Positions 54,868 to 64,000 of a DNA stretch of 64,000 nucleotides are shown here, in pieces (the first letter of the stretch is position 1; every line of letters starts with the position of its first letter). The position numbers were made by a program, and so were the translations under genes. Location: assembly GCA_964016885.1 (NCBI GenBank), contig OZ024753.1, forward strand, positions 23,932,001-23,996,000. Reading direction: 5' to 3'. The notes under the pieces were generated by a model. That model did no database searches. It saw only the letters and a list, made by a program, of their open reading frames with translations, and was not told the DNA's origin. The DNA is from Eledone cirrhosa (Eukaryota).

Positions 54868-57800
54868 CTAGAGAGACGTGTGTGTGTAACTAGACAGACG
54901 TGTGTGTGTGTGTAACTAGAGAGACGTGTGTGTGTGTGTAACTAGAGAGACGTGTGAGTGTAACAAGAGAGTCGTGTGTGTGTAACTAGAAAGACGTTTG
55001 TGTGTGTGTTACTAGAGAGACGTGTGTGTGTAACTTGAGAGACGTGTGTGTAACTAGAGAGACGTATTTGTGGGTAACTAGAGAGACGTGTGTGTGTGTG
55101 TGTGTGTGTAAGTAGAGAGACGTGTGTGTAACTAGAGAGACGTGTAACACACACACACGTCTCTCTAGTCACACACACACACGTCTCTCTAGTTACACAC
55201 ACACATGTCTCTCTAGTTACACACACACAGAGACGTGTGTGTGTGTAACTAGAGAGACCTGTGTGTGTGTCACTAGAGAGACGTGTGTGTAACTAGAGAG
55301 ACGTGTGTGTAAGTAGAGAGACATATGTGTGTGTAACTAGAGAGACGTGTGTGTGTGTGTAATTAGAGAGAAATATGTGTGTGTGTAACTAGAGAGACGT
55401 GTGTATGTGTGTAACTAGAGAGACGTGTGTGTGTGTGTAACTAGAGAGACGTGTGTGTGTGTGTTACTAGACAGACATGTGTGTGTGTAACTAGAGAGAC
55501 GTGTGTGTGTATGTTACTAGAGAGACGTGTGTGCGTAACTACACAGACGTGTGTGTGTAACTAGAGTCACGCGTGTGTGTGTCACTAGAGAGACGAGTGT
55601 GTGTAACTAGAGAGACGTGTGTGTGTGTGTAACTAGAGAGACGTGTGTGTGTTTGTTACTAGAGAAACATGTGTGTGTGTGTAACTTGAGAGACGTGTGT
55701 GTATGTAACTAGAGAGACGTGTGTGTTTGTTACTAGAGAGACGTATGTGTGTGTAACTAGAGAGACGTGTGTGTGTGTGTCACTAGAGAGACGTGTATTT
55801 AACTAGAGAGACGTCTGTGTGTAACTAGAGAGACCTGTGGGTGTAACTAGAGAGACTTGTGTATGTGTAACTAGAGAGACGTGTGTGAGTAACTATAGAC
55901 GTGTGTGTGTAACTAGAGAGACGTGTGTGTGTGTGTAACTAGAGAGGCGTGTGTGTGTGTGTAACTAGAGAGACGTGTGTGTGTGTGTAACTAGAGAGAC
56001 GTGTGAGTGTAACTAGAGAGACGTGTGTGTGTAACTAATAAGACGTTTGTGTGTGTGTTACTAGAGAGACGTGTGATGTAACTTGAGAGACGTGTGTGTA
56101 ACTAGAGAGATGTGTTTCTGTGTAACTAGAGAGACGTGTGTGTGTGTTACACGTCTCTCTAGTTACACACAGACACGTCTCTCTAGTTACACACACACAC
56201 GTCTGTCTAGTTACACACACATATGTCTCTCTAGTTACACACACACAGAGACGTGTGTGTGTGTAACTAGAGAGACCGGTGTGTGTGTAACTAGAGAGAC
56301 GTGTGTGTAACTAGAGAGACATATGTGTGCGTGTAACTAGAGAGAGGTGTGTGCGTGTGTAATTAGAGAGAAATATGTGTGTGTGTAACTAAAGAGACGT
56401 GTGTATGTGTGTAACTAGAGAGATGTGTGTGTGTGTGTGTGTAACTAGAGAGACGTATGTGTGTGTGTTACTAGAGCGACATGTGTGTGTAACTTGAGAG
56501 ACGTGTGTGTATATAACTAGAGAGACGTGTGTGTTTGTTACTAGAGAGACGTCTGTGTGTGTAACTAGAGAGACGTGTGTGTGTGTCACTAGAGAGACGT
56601 GTATTTAACTAGAGAGACGTCTGTGTGTAACTAGAGAGACGTGTGTGTGTAACTAGAGAGACGTGTGTGTGTGTGTGTGTAACTAGAGAGACGTGTGTGT
56701 GTAACTATAGACGTGTGTGTGTAACTAGAGAGACGTGTGTGTGTGTGTAACTAGAGAGACGTGTGTGTGTGTGTAACTAGAGAGACGTGTGAGTGTAACT
56801 AGAGAGACGTGTGTGTGTAACAAGAAAGACGTTTGTGTGTGTGTTACTAGAGAGACGTGTGTGTGTAACTTGAGAGACGTGTGTGTAACTAGAGAGACGT
56901 GTTTGTGTGTAACTAGAGAGACGTGTGTGTGTGTGTGTGTAACTAGAGAGATGTGTGTGTGTGTAACTAGAGAGACGTGTGTGTGTGTTACACGTCTCTC
57001 TAGTTACACACACACACGTCTCTCTAGTTACACACACACATGTCTCTCTAGTTACACACACACACAGACGTGTGTGTGTGTAACTAGAGAGACCTGTGTG
57101 TGTGTAGCTAGAGAGACGTGTGTGTAACTAGAGAGACGTGTGTGTAAGTAGAGAGACATATGTGTGTGTGTAACTAGAGAGACGTGTGTGTGTGTGTAAC
57201 TAGAGAGACGTGTGTGTGTGTGTAACTAGAGAGACGTGTGTGTGTGTGTAACTAGAGAGACGTGTGAGTGTAACTAGAGAGACGTGTGAGTGTAACTAGA
57301 GAGACGTGTGTGTGTAACTAAAAAGACGTTTGTGTGTGTGTTACTAGAGAGACGTGTGTGTGTAACTTGAGAGACGTGTGTGTACCTAGAGAGATGTGTT
57401 TGTGTGTAACTAGAGAGACGTGTGTGTGTGTGTGTAACTAGAGAGACGTGTTTGTGTGTTACACGTCTCTCTAGTTACACACAGACACGTCTCTCTAGTT
57501 ACACACACACACACGTCTCTCTAGTTACACACACACATGTCTCTCTAGTTACACACACACAGAGACGTGTGTGTGTGTAACTAGAGAGACCGGTGTGTGT
57601 GTAACTAGAGAGACGTGTGTGTAACTAAAGAGACATATGTGTGTGTGTAACTAGAGAGACGTGTGTGTGTGTGTAATTAGAGAGAAATATGTGTGTGTAA
57701 CTAGAGAGACGTGTGTGTGTGTGTAACTAGAGAGACGTGTGTGTGTGTGTTACTAGAGAGACGTGTGTGTTTGTTACTAGAGAGACGTCTGTGTGTGTAA

Positions 57801-60800
57801 CTAGAGAGACGTGTGTGTGTAACTAGGGAGACGTGTGTGTGTGTGTGTGTAACTAGAGAGACGTATGTGTGTAACTAGAGAGACGTGTGTGTGTGTGTAA
57901 CTAGAGAGACGTGTAAGTGTAACTAGAGAGACGTGTGTATGTAACTAGAAAGACGTTTGTGTGTGTGTTACTAGAGAGACGTGTGTGTGTAACTTGAGAG
58001 ACGTGTGTGTAACTAGAGAGACGTGTTCGTGTGTAACTAGAGAGACGTGTGTGTGTGTGTGTGTAACTAGAGAGATGTGTGTGTGTGTAACTAGAGAGAC
58101 GTGTGTGTGTGTGTTACACGTCTCTCTAGTTACACACACACACGTCTCTCTAGTTACACACACACACGTCTCTCTAGTTACACACACACATGTCTCTCTA
58201 GTTACACACACACAGAGACGTGTGTGTGTGTAACTAGAGAGACCTGTGTGTGTGTAACTAGAGAGACGTGTTTGTAACTAGAGAGACGTGTGTGTAACTA
58301 GAGAGACATATGTGTGTGTGTAACTAGAGAGAGGTGTGTGCGTGTGTAATTAGAGAGTAATATGTGTGTGTGTAACTAGAGAGACGTGTGTATGTGTGTA
58401 ACTAGAGAGAGGTGTGTGTGTGTGTGTAACTAGAGAGACGTATGTGTGTGTGTTACTAGAGCGACATGTGTGTGTGTAACTTGAGAGACGTGTGTGTATA
58501 TAACTAGAGAGACGTGTGTGTTTGTTACTAGAGAGACGTCTGTGTGTGTAACTAGAGAGACGTGTGTGTGTGTCACTAGAGAGACGTGTGTGTGTGTGTG
58601 TCACTAGAGAGACGTGTATTTAACTAGAGAGACGTCTGTGTGTAACTAGAGAGACGTGTGTTTGTGTGTGTAACTAGAGAGACGTGTGTGTGTAACTATA
58701 GACGTGTGTGTGTAACTAGAGAGACGTGTGTGTGTGTGTAACTAGAGAGACGTGTGAGTGTAACTAGAGAGACGTGTGTGGGTAACTAGAAAGACGTTTG
58801 TGTGTGTGTTACTAGAGAGACGTGTGTGTGTAACTTGAGAGACGTGTGTGTAACTAGAGAGACGTGTTTGTGTGTAACTAGAGAGACGTGTGTGTGTGTG
58901 TGTAACTAGAGAGATGTGTGTGTGTGTAACTAGAGAGACGTGTGTGTGTGTTACACGTCTCTCTAGTTACACACACACACGTCTCTCTAGTTACACACAC
59001 ACATGTCTCTCTAGTTACACACACACACAGACGTGTGTGTGTGTAACTAGAGAGACCTGTGTGTGTGTAACTAGAGAGACGTGTGTGTAACTAGAGAGAC
59101 GTGTGTGTAAGTAGAGAGACATATGTGTGTGTGTAACTAGAGAGACGTGTGTGTGTGTGTAACTAGAGAGACGTGTGTGTGTAACTAGAGAGACGTGTGT
59201 GTGTGTGTAACTAGAGAGACGTGTGAGTGTAACTAGAGAGACGTGTGTGTGTAACTAAAAAGACGTTTGTGTGTGTGTTACTAGAGAGACGTGTGTGTGT
59301 AACTTGAGAGACGTGTGTGTAACTAGAGAGATGTGTTTGTGTGTAACTAGAGAGACGTGTGTGTGTGTGTGCAACTAGAGAGACGTACTTGTGTGTTACA
59401 CGTCTCTCTAGTTACACACAGACACGTCTCTCTAGTTACACACACACACGTCTCTCTAGTTACACCAACACATGTCTCTCTAGTTACACACACACAGAGA
59501 CGTGTGTGTGTGTAACTAGAGAGACCGGTGTGTGTGTAACTAGAGAGACGTGTGTGTAACTAGAGAGACATATGTGTGTGTGTAACTAGAGAGACGTGTG
59601 TGTGTGTAATTAGAGAGAAATATGTGTGTGTAACTAGAGAGACGTGTGTGTGTGTGTAACTAGAGAGACGTGTGTGTGTGTGTTATTAGAGAGACGTGTG
59701 TGTTTGTTACTAGAGAGACGTCTGTGTGTGTAACTAGAGAGACGTGTGTGTGTAACTAGAGAGACGTGTGTGTGTGTGTGTGTAACTAGAGAGACGTATG
59801 TGTGTAACTAGAGAGACGTGTGTGTGTGTGTAACTAGAGAGACGTGTAAGTGTAACTAGAGAGACGTGTGTATGTAACTAGAAAGACGTTTGTGTGTGTG
59901 TTACTAGAGAGACGTGTGTGTGTAACTTGAGAGACGTGTGTGTAACTAGAGAGACGTGTTTGTGTGTAACTAGAGAGACGTGTGTGTGTGTGTGTGTAAC
60001 TAGAGAGGTGTGTGTGTGTAACTAGAGAGACGTGTGTGTGTGTTACACGTCTCTCTAGTTACACACACACACGTCTCTCTAGTTACACACACACACGTCT
60101 CTCTAGTTACACACACACATGTCTCTCTAGTTACACACACACAGAGACGTGTGTGTGTGTAACTAGAGAGACATGTGTGTGTGTAACTAGAGAGACGTGT
60201 TTGTAACTAGAGAGACGTGTGTGTAACTAGAGAGACATATGTGTGTGTGTAACTAGAGAGAGGTGTGTGCGTGTGTAATTAGAGAGAAATATGTGTGTGT
60301 TTAACTAGAGAGACGTGTGTATGTGTGTAACTAGAGAGATGTGTGTGTGTGTGTGTAACTAGAGAGACGTATGTGTGTGTGTTACTAGAGCGACATGTGT
60401 GTGTGTAACTTGAGAGACGTGTGTGTATATAACTAGAGAGACGTGTGTGTTTGTTACTAGAGAGACGTCTGTGTGTGTAACTAGAGAGACGTGTGTGTGT
60501 GTCACTAGAGAGACGTGTATTTAACTAGAGAGACGTCTGTGTGTAACTAGAGAGACGTGTGTGTGTAACTAGAGAGACGTGTGTGTGTGTGTGTGTAACT
60601 AGAGAGACGTGTGTGTGTAACTATAGACGTGTGTGTGTAACTAGAGAGACGTGTGTGTGTGTGTAACTAGAGAGACGTGTGTGTGTAACTAGAGAGACGT
60701 GTGAGTGTAACTAGAGAGACGTGTGTGGGTAACTAGAAAGACGTTTGTGTGTGTGTTACTAGAGAGACGTGTGTGTGTAACTTGAGAGACGTGTGTGTAA

Positions 60801-63800
60801 CTAGAGAGACGTGTTTGTGTGTAACTAGAGAGACGTGTGTGTGTGTGTGTGTAACTAGAGAGATGTGTGTGTGTGTGTAACTAGAGAGACGTGTGTGTGT
60901 GTTACACGTCTCTCTAGTTACACACACACACGTCTCTCTAGTTACACACACACATGTCTCTCTAGTTACACACACACACAGACGTGTGTGTGTGTAACTA
61001 GAGAGACCTGTGTGTGTGTAACTAGAGAGACGTGTGTGTAACTAGAGAGACGTGTGTGTAAGTAGAGAGACATATGTGTGTGTGTAACTAGAGAGACGTG
61101 TGTGTGTGTGTAACTAGAGAGACGTGTGTGTGTGTGTAACTAGAGAGACGTGTGTGTGTGTGTAACTAGAGAGACGTGTGAGTGTAACTAGAGAGACGTG
61201 TGTGTGTAACTAAAAAGACGTTTGTGTGTGTGTTACTAGAGAGACGTGTGTGTGTAACTTGAGAGACGTGTGTGTAACTAGAGAGATGTGTTTGTGTGTA
61301 ACTAGAGAGACGTGTGTGTGTGTGTGCAACTAGAGAGACGTACTTGTGTGTTACACGTCTCTCTAGTTACACACAGACACGTCTCTCTAGTTACACACAC
61401 ACACGTCTCTCTAGTTACACACACACATGTCTCTCTAGTTACACACACACAGAGACGTGTGTGTGTGTAACTAGAGAGACCGGTGTGTGTGTAACTAGAG
61501 AGACGTGTGTGTAACTAGAGAGACATATGTGTGTGTGTAACTAGAGAGACGTGTGTGTGTGTAATTAGAGAGAAATATGTGTGTGTAACTAGAGAGACGT
61601 GTGTGTGTGTGTAACTAGAGAGACGTGTGTGTGTGTGTTATTAGAGAGACGTGTGTGTTTGTTACTAGAGAGACGTCTGTGTGTGTAACTAGAGAGACGT
61701 GTGTGTGTAACTAGAGAGACGTGTGTGTGTGTGTGTGTAACTAGAGAGACGTATGTGTGTAACTAGAGAGACGTGTGTGTGTGTGTAACTAGAGAGACGT
61801 GTAAGTGTAACTAGAGAGACGTGTGTATGTAACTAGAAAGACGTTTGTGTGTGTGTTACTAGAGAGACGTGTGTGTGTAACTTGAGAGACGTGTGTGTAA
61901 CTAGAGAGACGTGTTTGTGTGTAACTAGAGAGACGTGTGTGTGTGTGTGTGTAACTAGAGAGGTGTGTGTGTGTAACTAGAGAGACGTGTGTGTGTGTTA
62001 CACGTCTCTCTAGTTACACACACACACGTCTCTCTAGTTACACACACACACGTCTCTCTAGTTACACACACACATGTCTCTCTAGTTACACACACACAGA
62101 GACGTGTGTGTGTGTAACTAGAGAGACATGTGTGTGTGTAACTAGAGAGACGTGTTTGTAACTAGAGAGACGTGTGTGTAACTAGAGAGACATATGTGTG
62201 TGTGTAACTAGAGAGAGGTGTGTGCGTGTGTAATTAGAGAGAAATATGTGTGTGTTTAACTAGAGAGACGTGTGTATGTGTGTAACTAGAGAGATGTGTG
62301 TGTGTGTGTGTAACTAGAGAGACGTATGTGTGTGTGTTACTAGAGCGACATGTGTGTGTGTAACTTGAGAGACGTGTGTGTATATAACTAGAGAGACGTG
62401 TGTGTTTGTTACTAGAGAGACGTCTGTGTGTGTAACTAGAGAGACGTGTGTGTGTGTCACTAGAGAGACGTGTATTTAACTAGAGAGACGTCTGTGTGTA
62501 ACTAGAGAGACGTGTGTGTGTAACTAGAGAGACGTGTGTGTGTGTGTGTGTAACTAGAGAGACGTGTGTGTGTAACTATAGACGTGTGTGTGTAACTAGA
62601 GAGACGTGTGTGTGTGTGTAACTAGAGAGACGTGTGTGTGTAACTAGAGAGACGTGTGAGTGTAACTAGAGAGACGTGTGTGGGTAACTAGAAAGACGTT
62701 TGTGTGTGTGTTACTAGAGAGACGTGTGTGTGTAACTTGAGAGACGTGTGTGTAACTAGAGAGACGTGTTTGTGTGTAACTAGAGAGACGTGTGTGTGTG
62801 TGTGTGTAACTAGAGAGATGTGTGTGTGTGTGTAACTAGAGAGACGTGTGTGTGTGTTACACGTCTCTCTAGTTACACACACACACGTCTCTCTAGTTAC
62901 ACACACACATGTCTCTCTAGTTACACACACACACAGACGTGTGTGTGTGTAACTAGAGAGACCTGTGTGTGTGTAACTAGAGAGACGTGTGTGTAACTAG
63001 AGAGACGTGTGTGTAAGTAGAGAGACATATGTGTGTGTGTAACTAGAGAGACGTGTGTGTGTGTGTAACTAGAGAGACGTGTGTGTGTGTGTAACTAGAG
63101 AGACGTGTGTGTGTGTGTAACTAGAGAGACGTGTGAGTGTAACTAGAGAGACGTGTGTGTGTAACTAAAAAGACGTTTGTGTGTGTGTTACTAGAGAGAC
63201 GTGTGTGTGTAACTTGAGAGACGTGTGTGTAACTAGAGAGATGTGTTTGTGTGTAACTAGAGAGACGTGTGTGTGTGTGTGTAACTAGAGAGACGTGTTT
63301 GTGTGTTACCCGTCTCTCTAGTTACACACAGACACGTCTCTCTAGTTACACACACACACGTCTCTCTAGTTACACACACACATGTCTCTCTAGTTACACA
63401 CACACAGAGACGTGTGTGTGTGTAACTAGAGAGACCGGTGTGTGTGTAACTAGAGAGACGTGTGTGTAACTAGAGAGACATATGTGTGTGTGTAACTAGA
63501 GAGACGTGTGTGTGTGTGTAATTAGAGAGAAATATGTGTGTGTAACTAGAGAGACGTGTGTGTGTGTGTAACTAGAGAGACGTGTGTGTGTGTGTTACTA
63601 GAGAGACATGTGTGTGTGTAACTTGAGAGACGTGTGTGTATGTAACTAGAGAGACGTGTGTGTTTGTTACTAGAGAGACGTCTGTGTGTGTAACTAGAGA
63701 GACATGTGTGTGTAACTAGAGAGACGTGTGTGTGTGTGTGTGTAACTAGAGAGACGTATGTGTGTAACTAGAGAGACGTGTGTGTGTGTGTAACTAGAGA

Positions 63801-63936
63801 GACGTGTAAGTGTAACTAGAGAGACGTGTGTATGTAACTAGAAAGACGTTTGTGTGTGTGTTACTAGAGAGACGTGTGTGTGTAACTTGAGAGACGTGTG
63901 TGTAACTAGAGAGACGTGTTTGTGTGTAACTAGAGA

Positions 63937-63971
<35 letters not shown>

Positions 63972-64000
63972 CTAGAGAGATGTGTGTGTGTGTAACTAGA
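24557..64000. repeat. Large minisatellite/satellite array: monomer AACTAGAGAGAC(GT)n (~20-28 bp) with periodic inverted blocks and higher-order repeats; runs off the window
   Basis: Direct reading gives roughly 1,700 monomers (39.4 kb / ~23 bp, estimate) and about 45 inverted blocks of 3-5 monomers. Identical ORF-track peptides recur at 1161, 1955, 2189, 6231 and 8412 bp spacing. Confidence 0.97.

Noticed and set aside
25773-63469. Dozens of CVTRET / THTRLSSY ORFs
   Set aside because: They are translations of the satellite, open only because the inversion blocks remove stops, and start at GTG/ATG inside GT runs.
24557-64000. CRISPR-like array (constant repeat with variable spacers)
   Set aside because: The spacers are only (GT)n length variants rather than unique sequences, there are no cas genes, and the context is eukaryotic.
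24557-64000. Telomerase- or PLE-synthesised irregular telomeric repeat
   Set aside because: There is no TTAGGG. Variant monomers recur in fixed higher-order order with inversions, which indicates DNA-level duplication rather than de novo templated addition.

Overview
Eukaryotic, gene-free, repeat-saturated DNA. The (TA)n/(CA)n density and the SINE types suggest an octopod cephalopod genome (inference). The first ~24.5 kb is a nest of retroelements set in (TA)n microsatellites. It holds a decayed CR1-clade LINE (284-3154) and a near-intact Naiad-type Penelope-like element (PLE; RT plus C-terminal GIY-YIG) with a tandem pLTR and a 2.7-kb inverted copy (4480-12420). It also holds a second, decayed Naiad-type PLE (19577-24105), several ORF-less PLE remnants, tRNA-derived SINEs and a small TIR element. 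Seven type I hammerhead ribozyme motifs from five unrelated sequence families can be read directly. The most unusual items are: (i) a non-coding 571-bp circularly permuted unit with PLE-like inverted-plus-tandem architecture and a hammerhead-shaped fold with a non-canonical core; (ii) a bulged stem-loop ACTC-[stem]-TT-GAGTGC shared by otherwise unalignable PLE UTRs; (iii) a >39-kb minisatellite (24557 to window end) of AACTAGAGAGAC(GT)n monomers with about 45 periodic fold-back inversion blocks, flipped spacers and nested higher-order repeats. No host protein-coding gene is supported. All RNA structures were paired by eye, not computed.
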